A stretch of 64,000 nt of DNA from Chlamydiia bacterium (GTDB taxonomy: Bacteria > Chlamydiota > Chlamydiia > Chlamydiales > GCA-2402025). Location: contig JAJACS010000006.1 in NCBI GenBank assembly GCA_022601395.1, positions 3,009 through 67,008 on the forward strand. The letters run 5' to 3'. A program made the position numbers and the translations under genes. Shown here one piece after another: positions 28,579-37,742 of this stretch; the first letter of the stretch is position 1; each line of letters opens with the position of its first letter. The notes beneath the pieces are model-generated. The model was not told the DNA's origin and searched no databases. It saw only the letters and a list, made by a program, of their open reading frames with translations.

Positions 28579-30525
28579 ATGCAATCTAAGAGAACTAGAA
28601 TATCTGAGCTCGATAAAGGAGCTATGAAGCAAGTACTCTCTCTTAGCGATGTTTTCGCTGTGGGTTATGGAGATCTTGGTTCTTCTATTTACTACGCTCT
28701 TGGCATTACAGTCTTGTATGCTCTTGGAGCAACTCCCATAGCTCTTATGATTGCAGGATTTGTTTTTGCCTGTACGGCTCTATCCTATTCAGAGATGTCT
28801 TCTATGAATAGAGCTGCTGGCGGCTCTCAGAATTTCACAAGAATAGCCTTTAATGATTTGATTTCGTTTATTGCTGGGTGGGCGCTCCTTCTTGATTTTA
28901 TTGTAACAATTGCGATCTCTTCTTACTCTGTCGCACCGTACCTTTCATACTTCTTTCCGATTCTTAAGGTGACTCACATAAAGATCATCTTTACGATTTG
29001 TTTGATAGCGGCCCTGTTTTGCTTAAATTACTTTGGAACAAAACACTCTACTAAGCTTTCTTGGATCCTTACCACCCTTACGATCTTTACGCAGGCTGTG
29101 ATCATTATTATCGGCGCTATCTATCTTTTTAGCGGACCGAAGTTCATAGAGCATTTAAAGATTGGAGGCTCGAACACTCTTTGGTCTCCTTCTTTCAAAG
29201 AATTTTGGAAGGGGACTGCTATGGCGATGGTTGCCTATACAGGTATCGAGTCGATGGCGCAGCTTACCTCTGAGACAAAAAACCCAAAGAAAACCGTGCC
29301 ACGTGCGATCCTTCTTGCTATGGGTCTTTTGATCATTATGTATTTTGCAGTCTCAACAGTAGCGCTTTCTGCTGTAAACCCAGAAGTGCTCTCGCATGAC
29401 TTTTTAGAAGATCCGATCAGTGGGATTATTTCAGCACTTCCTTTTGGTCAGAAACTTCTTGGCCCTTGGGTGGGAGCTCTTGGTGCCATTATACTTATGG
29501 TAGCTGCTAATGCAGGACTTATGGGAGCTTCTCGTCTTTCATTCCGCATGGGAGAGTATTATCAGCTTCCAAGAGCGTTTTACAAGCTACATAAGAAATA
29601 TAAGACACCTGTGGTGTCTCTTTGTTTTTTTGGTGTTCTTGCATGCATTGTAGTTATATGGAGTAGAGGAAGACTTGCATTCCTTGCTGACCTTTATAAC
29701 TTTGGGGCCATGCTTGCATTTTTCTTCTCCCATTTAAGTTTGATTATTCTTCGTTTCAAGATGCCTGATTTAGAAAGGCCTTTTAGGATTAAGTTCAATA
29801 TCCCGATCGGGAAATACAGGATCCCTGTAACAGCTGTCATCGGAGCTTTAGCTTGTTTCTGCGTTTGGGTACTTGTCATTATCACAAAACCCGAAGGACG
29901 GTATCTTGGGATTGCATGGCTTATTGTGGGTCTTGTGATGTACTTTGTTTATAGAAGACGTAAAAGAATTGCACCAGCTGGCAAGCTAGAGGTAGAAAAG
30001 ATAAGCGTACCTGGTTTTGCAAGGATCTCCTATAAGCATATTCTTGTTCCCACAAGAGGGGGAGCTCAGACAGAGACGGTGCAGACAGCTTGTGAGATTG
30101 CAAAGCAGCACAAATCAGACATCACAGCGATCTTTATTATACAAATTCCTTTTTCAGTGTCGATCAACACGCCTTTATTTCATGAGATGAAAGAAGCTGA
30201 GTCTGCTTTAAAAAGAGCGGAAGCTATTGCTAGAGAGTTTGGTGTGGATATCCATACTAAGATTGTAAGAGCAAGGTCTGTTCCAAAAGCCATTTTAAGT
30301 CTACTGCAGGATGAGCAGTTTGATCTTCTAGTACTTGGTGCAACGATACCTGATACCGGTACTTTTGTAAGAGGGCTTGGACCAATAGCTGATGATATCA
30401 TAAAAGACTCTCCTTGTAGGGTGTATATCACCTGCACAAGAGCAGAATTTTTTAAACATCAAAAAGAAGTTACTTCTCAGGAAAGCTCTTCACAAGATGG
30501 CATCTCACAAAGTGACCCTTCTTAA
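28579..30525 (+). CDS. APC-family amino acid permease fused to a C-terminal universal-stress-protein (Usp) domain
   Basis: About 12 TM segments with AVGYGDLGSSIYYALG and AYTGIES. The C-terminal roughly 150 aa (HILVPTRGGAQTE....LLVLGAT....IIKDSPCRVYI) is Usp-like. An alternative start is the ATG at 28624. Confidence 0.7.
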   Translation: MQSKRTRISELDKGAMKQVLSLSDVFAVGYGDLGSSIYYALGITVLYALGATPIALMIAGFVFACTALSYSEMSSMNRAAGGSQNFTRIAFNDLISFIAGWALLLDFIVTIAISSYSVAPYLSYFFPILKVTHIKIIFTICLIAALFCLNYFGTKHSTKLSWILTTLTIFTQAVIIIIGAIYLFSGPKFIEHLKIGGSNTLWSPSFKEFWKGTAMAMVAYTGIESMAQLTSETKNPKKTVPRAILLAMGLLIIMYFAVSTVALSAVNPEVLSHDFLEDPISGIISALPFGQKLLGPWVGALGAIILMVAANAGLMGASRLSFRMGEYYQLPRAFYKLHKKYKTPVVSLCFFGVLACIVVIWSRGRLAFLADLYNFGAMLAFFFSHLSLIILRFKMPDLERPFRIKFNIPIGKYRIPVTAVIGALACFCVWVLVIITKPEGRYLGIAWLIVGLVMYFVYRRRKRIAPAGKLEVEKISVPGFARISYKHILVPTRGGAQTETVQTACEIAKQHKSDITAIFIIQIPFSVSINTPLFHEMKEAESALKRAEAIAREFGVDIHTKIVRARSVPKAILSLLQDEQFDLLVLGATIPDTGTFVRGLGPIADDIIKDSPCRVYITCTRAEFFKHQKEVTSQESSSQDGISQSDPS

Positions 30526-31441
30526 CTTCAACTTCCTCAGGTGCTACTTCTTTGCAGATAGGCATTACCTTCGGGCACCTTGTGCAAAAAGCACAGCCTT
30601 TCGGCGGGTTAATAGGTGAGGGAATCTCACCTGGAAGAACAATGCGGGAGCGTTTTTTTTCTATTGCAGGATCTGGAATAGGCACTGCTGAGAGCAGTGC
30701 TTCTGTGTAAGGGTGCAGAGGGTTTGCATAGAGCTCTTTGCTCTCAGCGATCTCTACAATACTACCAAGATACATCACAGCAACTCGATTACAAATATGC
30801 TTTACCATCGCAAGATCATGAGAGATAAATAGGTAGGTGAGCCCCATAGTATCTTGTAGTTTCTTTAAGAGGTTTACGATTTGTGCTTGGATGGAGACAT
30901 CGAGAGCTGCAATAGGCTCATCACAGACAATAAATTTTGGGTTTAGAGCAAGAGCTCTTGCAATTCCAATACGTTGCCTTTGACCCCCACTAAATTCATG
31001 CGGAAACCTATTTGCATGTTCGGGTTGCAATCCCACAAGCGTGAGGAGTTCGTTGATACGGTCTTTGATTTCACGTCTAGTTTTATAAACCTTATGAATG
31101 ATAAGAGGCTCTTTTATGATCTCAGCTGTTGTCATGCGTGGATTCAAAGAAGAATAGGGATCTTGAAAGATCATCTGTATGTCTTTTCTAAGGGCATGCA
31201 TCTCTTTTTTAGAAAGAGTACTCATGTTGTGTCCGTTAAAAGAAACAGAGCCGTCTGTCGGGTTGTAAAGCTTAATAAGAGTCTTTCCGATTGTTGACTT
31301 GCCGCAACCAGACTCTCCAACAAGACCAAGCGTTTGCTTCTCCTCAATTGCAAAAGAAACACCGTTTACAGCTTTCAGGGTCCCACCTTTTACAGGGAAA
31401 AACTTTTTAAGGTTTTTTATCTCAAGAAGGGTTTTCTTCAT
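30470..31441 (-). CDS. oppF: oligopeptide/dipeptide ABC transporter ATP-binding protein
   Basis: Walker A GESGCGKST, signature FSGGQRQR, Walker B IVCDEP. I prefer the ATG at 31441 (GGAGGAAAAA upstream) over the track start at 31552. Confidence 0.85.
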   Translation of the reverse strand: MKKTLLEIKNLKKFFPVKGGTLKAVNGVSFAIEEKQTLGLVGESGCGKSTIGKTLIKLYNPTDGSVSFNGHNMSTLSKKEMHALRKDIQMIFQDPYSSLNPRMTTAEIIKEPLIIHKVYKTRREIKDRINELLTLVGLQPEHANRFPHEFSGGQRQRIGIARALALNPKFIVCDEPIAALDVSIQAQIVNLLKKLQDTMGLTYLFISHDLAMVKHICNRVAVMYLGSIVEIAESKELYANPLHPYTEALLSAVPIPDPAIEKKRSRIVLPGEIPSPINPPKGCAFCTRCPKVMPICKEVAPEEVEVKKGHFVRCHLVKSFPEK

Positions 31442-32423
31442 TTTTCCTCCTTCTATCATATAGGAAGCATGCACATCTTGAATCTTCATCAAGTTCAAAG
31501 AGAGGGGGAGACCTTTTATAGCAGATATGCATACGTTCATCGCATCTTTCAAAAAAGCTGCAGTGATTCATTGTTCTTGATAGATCAGGTGGGCTTCCTT
31601 CAATTGGTGTAAGAGGAGCACCGTGATCTAGGTCTATTCTTGGAATAGATCGTAGTAATTTTTTAGTGTAAGGGTGTTTTGGATTCTTAAAGAGTTCATG
31701 TACAGGAGCAGCTTCCACGATTTTTCCAGCATACATTACAAGAACTCTGTCGCAGAAATTTGCAACGATACTAAGGTCGTGCGTTATGAAGAGGATGCTT
31801 GTCCCTGTTTTTGCTTGGATTTCTTTAAGAAGGGCTAGAATTTGAGCTTGTATAGTAACGTCGAGTGCTGTGGTAGGCTCGTCAGCGATGAGAATCTTGG
31901 GCGATGGAGCAAGAGCGAGTGCTATCATAATACGCTGTCTCATTCCGCCGCTAAGTTCGTGGGGATACTGAGTAAGTCTAAGTTCTGGTTGTGGGATGCC
32001 AACAAGTGTAAGAAGTTCTATAGCTCTTTCGTGAGCCATCTTTTGGGTTGTCTCTGGGTAGTGCTTACGTAACCCTTCTACAATTTGACGTCCGATCTTA
32101 AGAGTTGGGTTTAAAGAAGACATAGGATCTTGAAAAATCATTCCGATTTCTTTCCCACGTATTTCTCTCATCTTTTTTTCAGAAAAACGAAACAAATTGT
32201 CACAGTTAAAGAATGCTGCTCCACTATCAAGAGATGCGCAAGGTGTAGAAAAAAGCTTTAAAAGTGATTTGACCATGACACTTTTTCCGCAACCAGATTC
32301 CCCAACAACAGCAATGGTTTCTCTTGGATATATTTTAAAATCAACGCCTCTAACAGCCTCAACTTTTTTCTTTCGTTGCCTAAAGGATACTCTCAAATCT
32401 CTTACATCAAGCAGTGGTCTCAT
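31422..32423 (-). CDS. oppD: oligopeptide/dipeptide ABC transporter ATP-binding protein
   Basis: GESGCGKSV, LSGGMRQR and LIADEPTTALD. Confidence 0.85.
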   Translation of the reverse strand: MRPLLDVRDLRVSFRQRKKKVEAVRGVDFKIYPRETIAVVGESGCGKSVMVKSLLKLFSTPCASLDSGAAFFNCDNLFRFSEKKMREIRGKEIGMIFQDPMSSLNPTLKIGRQIVEGLRKHYPETTQKMAHERAIELLTLVGIPQPELRLTQYPHELSGGMRQRIMIALALAPSPKILIADEPTTALDVTIQAQILALLKEIQAKTGTSILFITHDLSIVANFCDRVLVMYAGKIVEAAPVHELFKNPKHPYTKKLLRSIPRIDLDHGAPLTPIEGSPPDLSRTMNHCSFFERCDERMHICYKRSPPLFELDEDSRCACFLYDRRRKNEENPS

Positions 32424-33337
32424 GTGCGTAACCTCGGATCAAATGCGTCTCGCAAGCCGTCACCAACAAGGTTAAAAGCTAGCATGGTAACGCTGATAAA
32501 CACAGCTGGAAAGAATAGTCTCCATGGATAGTATCGAAGTGCAGACAAGCCATCACTTGCCATGGTTCCCCATGATGCGATAGGTGCTTGGACACCGAGT
32601 CCAAGAAAACTTAGAAAAGCTTCTGTGAAAATGGCTGTTGGGATCGTGAGTGTCATCGTTGTGATAATAGAGCCAATAGTGTTTGGGATCAGGTGCTTGA
32701 AAAGAGTTCTGTGTCTTGTTGCACCAAGAGACCTTGCTGCAAGCGAGAAATCATATTCTTTGAGCTGGAGTATTTGAGCCCTTACGATCCGCGCCATGTT
32801 GATCCATCCTGTGATGGTCATGGCAAGTATAATCGTGAATATGCCAGGTCCCATAACAACCATCAAAAGAATCACTACTAAAAGATAGGGGAGTGAATAA
32901 AGAATGTCTGCAGATCTCATCATTACCTCATCTACTCTTTTTCCCATATATCCTGCGATGGCTCCATAGCAGACACCGATGACCATATCAATGATGGCAG
33001 CAGATATCCCGACAAATAATGAAATCCTCGCACCCCACCAGATTCTAGTAAAAAGATCCCTACCAAGCTCATCTGTTCCAAACCAAAAATTTGCAGAAGG
33101 TTTTTGATTCTTTAGGTGTAGGTGGGTCTCATAATAGGTAAAGGAGTTGAGCATGGGTCCTATGATGGACATGAAGATTAAGAAGATGAGAAAAAATAGC
33201 CCAATTACTGCGAGTTTGTTTTGTTTAAGCCTGATCCACGCATCATTCCAATAGGAAATACTTTTAACTTCCTCAATAACTTCAGGAGGATTTTTATCCT
33301 TGCCATAAGGCTTGAACAGTTCTTCAAGATCATTCAT
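32420..33337 (-). CDS. oppC: oligopeptide ABC transporter permease
   Basis: FGTDELGRDLFTR motif, a BPD-type permease with 6 TM segments. Confidence 0.85.
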   Translation of the reverse strand: MNDLEELFKPYGKDKNPPEVIEEVKSISYWNDAWIRLKQNKLAVIGLFFLIFLIFMSIIGPMLNSFTYYETHLHLKNQKPSANFWFGTDELGRDLFTRIWWGARISLFVGISAAIIDMVIGVCYGAIAGYMGKRVDEVMMRSADILYSLPYLLVVILLMVVMGPGIFTIILAMTITGWINMARIVRAQILQLKEYDFSLAARSLGATRHRTLFKHLIPNTIGSIITTMTLTIPTAIFTEAFLSFLGLGVQAPIASWGTMASDGLSALRYYPWRLFFPAVFISVTMLAFNLVGDGLRDAFDPRLRT

Positions 33338-34274
33338 TCGCAGCCTTTGATGGCATAAGTTTTATTCTTGGATCGATGAAAAAATATAGCAGATCAACAA
33401 AGAAAACACTACTCATTAGTATCGCACTATAGAACATGGTAACGCCCATAATCACTGTATAGTCCCTATTTGTGATGCTTGTCACAAACCAGCCACCAAG
33501 TCCTGGAATACCAAAAATTTTCTCTACAACAAAACTTCCCGTTAAGACTGCGCTACATAGTGGCGCAAGATAGGTAACAACGGTCAATAGGCTGTTTTTT
33601 AGGACGTGTGTAAACAGAATAGATAGAGTCGAGAGTCCTTTTGACTTTGCTGTCATAACATAGTCTTGTTCAAGAACCTCAACCATATTAGCTCTTGTGA
33701 GCCTTGCAATAAAAGCTGTCGGAAGAGCTGAAAGAGCGATTGCTGGGAGTATAGACTGGGCAAATGTTCCCCAGCGTGCGACAGGAAAAAGATTGAGCTT
33801 CATAGCAAGAAGGTACTGCAAAAACGTGGCTAATATGAAGTTTGGTACTGAGATTCCAATTACTGCTATGACCATGGCAATATGATCTGGGTACCTAGAG
33901 CGTTTGAGTGCTGCAATCGTGCCGCAGCAGATTCCAAAAAATATTGAGATTGTTAAGGCTTCAAATCCAAGAGCAAGCGATACAGGGAAACCTTCTCTTA
34001 TGATCTCATTCACCGTTCTTCCCTCATATTTAAAGGAAGGTCCAAGATTCCAGGTTGCGATGCCTTTAAGGTATTTTCCATACTGAACATACCATGGCTG
34101 ATCCAGCCCGTAATGCGCATGCATACTCTTCATGATCTCTTCAGGAACAGCCTGTTCTTGTGCGAATGGATCCCCAGGAATTACCTTCAAAAGGAAAAAC
34201 GTAAATGAGGCCACAAGGAAGAGTGAAAAGACTAATATACTAATCTTGCGTATGAAAAATTTAATTAGTGCCAC
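33330..34274 (-). CDS. oppB: oligopeptide ABC transporter permease
   Basis: FLLKVIPGDP N-terminal motif and DYVMTAKSKGLS (EAA loop). Confidence 0.85.
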   Translation of the reverse strand: MALIKFFIRKISILVFSLFLVASFTFFLLKVIPGDPFAQEQAVPEEIMKSMHAHYGLDQPWYVQYGKYLKGIATWNLGPSFKYEGRTVNEIIREGFPVSLALGFEALTISIFFGICCGTIAALKRSRYPDHIAMVIAVIGISVPNFILATFLQYLLAMKLNLFPVARWGTFAQSILPAIALSALPTAFIARLTRANMVEVLEQDYVMTAKSKGLSTLSILFTHVLKNSLLTVVTYLAPLCSAVLTGSFVVEKIFGIPGLGGWFVTSITNRDYTVIMGVTMFYSAILMSSVFFVDLLYFFIDPRIKLMPSKAANE

Positions 34275-34282
34275 TGAATTTC

Positions 34283-35875
34283 CTAGTTATCCATTTCGGC
34301 CCATTTGAGCTCAAAATTATTTGCTTTGTCGACGATAACATTTTTTACATAATCTCGCTTTAGATAGTTGCTAGAATAGAAAAATAAAGGAGCTATAGGC
34401 ATTTCGTCCATAAGGATTTCTTCAGCTTCATTAAGAGTTTCTAGACGTTTTTTCTCATTCGTTGTGTTCATAGCCTTAAGATATAAATTCTCATATTTAG
34501 GACTGTACCACTTTGAAAAGTCAAACCCTCCGAATTCATAAGCAAACTGCTCTATAAAAAAGGCTGGGTCTGTCACAAGAGAAGTTGCCCCCATACGTGC
34601 TACTTCAAATTTTTCTTTTGCTAAGCTATCTATATAGACTTTCCATTCCTGGTTTTGTAGTCCTGTAGAGATTCCAAGAACCTTTTTCCACTGCTGTTGG
34701 ATAGCTTGCGCTACTTTAAAGTGGATGTTTGGCTCAGTGTTATGAGAAAGGGTGATTCTTGGAAAGGTTTCTGCTGTGAGACCTAGCTCTTGTAGTCCCT
34801 GACGGAAGTATTCTCTTGCTTTCACAATATCAGCATCATGGAACTTTCCCTTTTTTAAACTCTCAACAATGTTTGGAATTAAAGAGGTTGCAGGCTCATG
34901 TTCAACTTGAAACACATGTTCGATTAAATCTTTTCTGTTAATCGCTAAAGTGAGAGCTTTTCGAATGTTTTTATTTGTGAAGGGGAATTTTTTAGTATTG
35001 AAGACATAGTAGTACGTTCCCGAGATCATATATGAGTTATAGTCATCTCTTTCTTTTACTGAGGCAACTGAGTCGCTTGGTAGATTTGAAAAAGGCTGCC
35101 CTGCCCAGTCAAGGTCTCCTTGTTCATACATAGAAAGTTCTGTATTTTGATCAGGAACAAATGAAAGGTGCACCTCATCAAGTTTAACAACGTCTTTATC
35201 CCAGTAAGTCTTACTTTTTTCAAATATGATCCTGTTTTGTGTATGCCACTTAATTGGGTGAAAAGGCCCATTTGAAATAAATGACCTTGAGTGGTCCTCA
35301 AGGTATTTTAGGTTGATCTCAGCGATTCGTTCAGGATAGGGAAAGTAAACGCAGTGCGCAACGAGGCTTAAAAAAGCAGGGTTTGGAAACTCTAGTTCTA
35401 CTTCAAGGGTTTCATCATCTACCGCTCTAACACCAAATTCATCAATAGAGACCTTCCCTTCTTTTGCTTTTTTACCATTTTTCACATAGTAAAGAGCATT
35501 AGCAGATAGAGCTGGAAAATCAGGTCTAATCGATGTTTTCCAGGTTTCTTCGAAGTCATGAGCTGTGATTTTTGTTCCATCAGACCAGTAAGTTTCTTTC
35601 AATTTGAATGTATACTTTTTTTGGTCCTCTGAAACTGTATATGATTCTGCAAGAGAAAGCACCGGCTCATCATTTTTTAGCCTAGTCAATCCCTCAAAAC
35701 ACATCTTGATGACATAAGATGAAATGTTATCCGATGTCTTTCTTGGATCAGTGGTAGGAGGCTCATGAGATGTGTTTACGCGAAAGATACTCATTTTTGA
35801 TTTTTTATCTGATTTTTTTGTGCATGAAAAACAAAGCACAAGGAGTAAACATATGTAAACTAAAGCTCTTTTCAT
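34283..35875 (-). CDS. oppA: oligopeptide ABC transporter substrate-binding protein
   Basis: 530 aa with a signal sequence containing Cys (LVLCFSC). It has family 5 SBP length and is the first gene of the opp operon. Confidence 0.8.
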   Translation of the reverse strand: MKRALVYICLLLVLCFSCTKKSDKKSKMSIFRVNTSHEPPTTDPRKTSDNISSYVIKMCFEGLTRLKNDEPVLSLAESYTVSEDQKKYTFKLKETYWSDGTKITAHDFEETWKTSIRPDFPALSANALYYVKNGKKAKEGKVSIDEFGVRAVDDETLEVELEFPNPAFLSLVAHCVYFPYPERIAEINLKYLEDHSRSFISNGPFHPIKWHTQNRIIFEKSKTYWDKDVVKLDEVHLSFVPDQNTELSMYEQGDLDWAGQPFSNLPSDSVASVKERDDYNSYMISGTYYYVFNTKKFPFTNKNIRKALTLAINRKDLIEHVFQVEHEPATSLIPNIVESLKKGKFHDADIVKAREYFRQGLQELGLTAETFPRITLSHNTEPNIHFKVAQAIQQQWKKVLGISTGLQNQEWKVYIDSLAKEKFEVARMGATSLVTDPAFFIEQFAYEFGGFDFSKWYSPKYENLYLKAMNTTNEKKRLETLNEAEEILMDEMPIAPLFFYSSNYLKRDYVKNVIVDKANNFELKWAEMDN

Positions 35876-36040
35876 CTGATCCCTTCTGTTTTTACTAATA
35901 GAATGCTCTCTTAAGCAAATGGCTAAATATTAACAAAGTATGTCTATATTTAAACTCAATTTTTAGCAAATAAAAAACAGAAAATTTTATAAAAATTTTT
36001 AATTTAGCAGGGGTGGAAAATTTTTAAAAAAAACACTTTG

Positions 36041-36064
36041 TGTAAAATAAAACTTTATTTTACA
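36041..36064. repeat. perfect 11-2-11 inverted repeat TGTAAAATAAA-ac-TTTATTTTACA, 33 nt upstream of the ATG at 36097
   Basis: Verified base by base. It lies in the oppA / 36097 divergent intergenic region. Confidence 0.85.
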
Positions 36065-36096
36065 TTTACAAGAACTTAATCAACACGGAGGTTGAT

Positions 36097-37707
36097 ATGT
36101 CAGGTCGTCTAGAAAGAACTGCTTCCTCTGCAGTGGATTCACCTGTTGAGTTTCTTGTTCAAAATTTCCAAACTCTTCGCGTTTCTGATGATCGGATTGG
36201 TCATAGTAGAAGAAGTTCGCTATCTTCAGATCCAAGTGAGCAAAAAACAAGAATGCGTGAATATAGAGAGATGATGCATGCGAAATACCATGAAGAAACA
36301 CCCACAGTAGAGTATCAAGATCGCCGCAGTTGCCTATGTGTAAGATTGCGCTGTTTTAATATATGTCAAAGAGTATGCGCTAGGATCAACATTAATTGCT
36401 GCGGGACTATGTACGTTAAAACAGACCCGATAGGATCAAGAGCTGAGGGCACTGTTCAACTTGTACGAGAAGCTCATATTTTATCTCCAAGCCGTCATCA
36501 GAATCAGCTAACAAACGCAGGATTTTACCTAGAGCTTTATAACGAATACGGAGAACTGCTTGAAGATCTCTTTCCAGTAGCACTTCAGTTTCTACCTCCT
36601 TCTCAGAGAGGATTCTGGGAGACTTGGGATCCATACTCAGAAAGACCTTTAAAGGTTAAGAGCGCTGAATTACTTAAAGAATTTCTTGCTGAAGCAAGAA
36701 AAGTTCTTAAAAAAATACGCGCTGAGATGATGGCAGCGCAGATGAAGGACTTTTACAGAAGATCTCCAAGGAGTGGCAGAAGCCCAACTGAGTTAGGAGT
36801 TCGTGATTTTACAAGGGCTCGTTCATACAAGAGGAAAGGAGAATTAGCATCAGCAGACTTTACGCGCCCTCTAGAGGAATTTCAAATGAGATCATTAGAG
36901 CGCTATGATCCACTGCATACAGCTGTATTGGATGTTGTTGACCACGTTCCTGTGCATACAGCTGTATTGGATGTTGTTGAGCACGTTCCTGTAGTTAGAC
37001 CGGATGCTCATGTAGGGGAAAGATTTAGTGACGATATTCAACCAGCTGACAAGCCTCTTGCAGCTTCCATGGTATCTCCTGATGAAGATGTTATTGTACC
37101 AGTTGAAAGAAGAAGCTCTTCTGGAAGCTCAGAGTATCTGGAACCTCTAGAGTATGTGGTAGGATCTCCACTTCCTTTAGATGACGATCGACCTTTAAGA
37201 AGAGGATCTTATCTAGAGGCTATGGAGAGGGCAAGTTTAGATAGGAAAGAAGTAATAGTAGAAGTTAGCGATACTAGGCGTGTGAGTTTTGATCGCTCTA
37301 GAATTATAGCTGATCTTAAAAAGATTACGAATGCTACAGATGCTGAGGCAGATGAGGTTGCTTATGAAGTGCTTAGAAAGCTCTCTACTATATGCACTAG
37401 GCAGGAAGTTTGGGATGCTCTTATGGAAGCTGCTCTTGAGTATAATATTGAGATTAAAGATGCTGTTAATGGTGAAGTTTGTGAAGTAATTACATGTTCT
37501 AAGTTTAGAGATAAAATCGAGAGAGCAAAAAGAGTTACAGATCTTGATACAACAACCCTTGCAGATATGATGAGAGACATTAAAACTGCAGAAGAAACAG
37601 CTGAAAGAAGAAGCACTTCTCGTGGAAGAAGAAATCGCTGGCGGGTGCTTGCTCAAGTAGCAAGTACAAGATTTAGACGAACTGATGAGAGTCACCAGGA
37701 TGTCTAA
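36097..37707 (+). CDS. hypothetical Ser/Arg-rich protein with an N-proximal Cys-rich module and an internal 13-aa duplication (effector candidate)
   Basis: GGAGG lies 5 nt upstream of the ATG. The Cys-rich block is CLCVRLRCFNICQRVCARININCCG. There are five RRxS/T sites, and HTAVLDVVDHVPV occurs twice. No family recognised. Confidence 0.65.
   Translation: MSGRLERTASSAVDSPVEFLVQNFQTLRVSDDRIGHSRRSSLSSDPSEQKTRMREYREMMHAKYHEETPTVEYQDRRSCLCVRLRCFNICQRVCARININCCGTMYVKTDPIGSRAEGTVQLVREAHILSPSRHQNQLTNAGFYLELYNEYGELLEDLFPVALQFLPPSQRGFWETWDPYSERPLKVKSAELLKEFLAEARKVLKKIRAEMMAAQMKDFYRRSPRSGRSPTELGVRDFTRARSYKRKGELASADFTRPLEEFQMRSLERYDPLHTAVLDVVDHVPVHTAVLDVVEHVPVVRPDAHVGERFSDDIQPADKPLAASMVSPDEDVIVPVERRSSSGSSEYLEPLEYVVGSPLPLDDDRPLRRGSYLEAMERASLDRKEVIVEVSDTRRVSFDRSRIIADLKKITNATDAEADEVAYEVLRKLSTICTRQEVWDALMEAALEYNIEIKDAVNGEVCEVITCSKFRDKIERAKRVTDLDTTTLADMMRDIKTAEETAERRSTSRGRRNRWRVLAQVASTRFRRTDESHQDV
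36915..36992 (+). repeat. 2 x 39-bp tandem direct repeat (1 mismatch) inside the CDS
   Basis: gcatacagctgtattggatgttgttgaCcacgttcctgt followed by the same unit with G at the capitalised position (D to E). Confidence 0.9.
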
Positions 37708-37742
37708 TATTATAACAATAAAAATTCACAAAAGGAGAAATT

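Noticed and set aside
30470-31552. Long N-terminal extension of oppF in the ORF track (start 31552)
   Set aside because: The extension overlaps 130 nt of oppD and has no ABC homology. The ATG at 31441 has a GGAGGAAAAA SD and gives the canonical N-terminus MKKTLLEIKNL.
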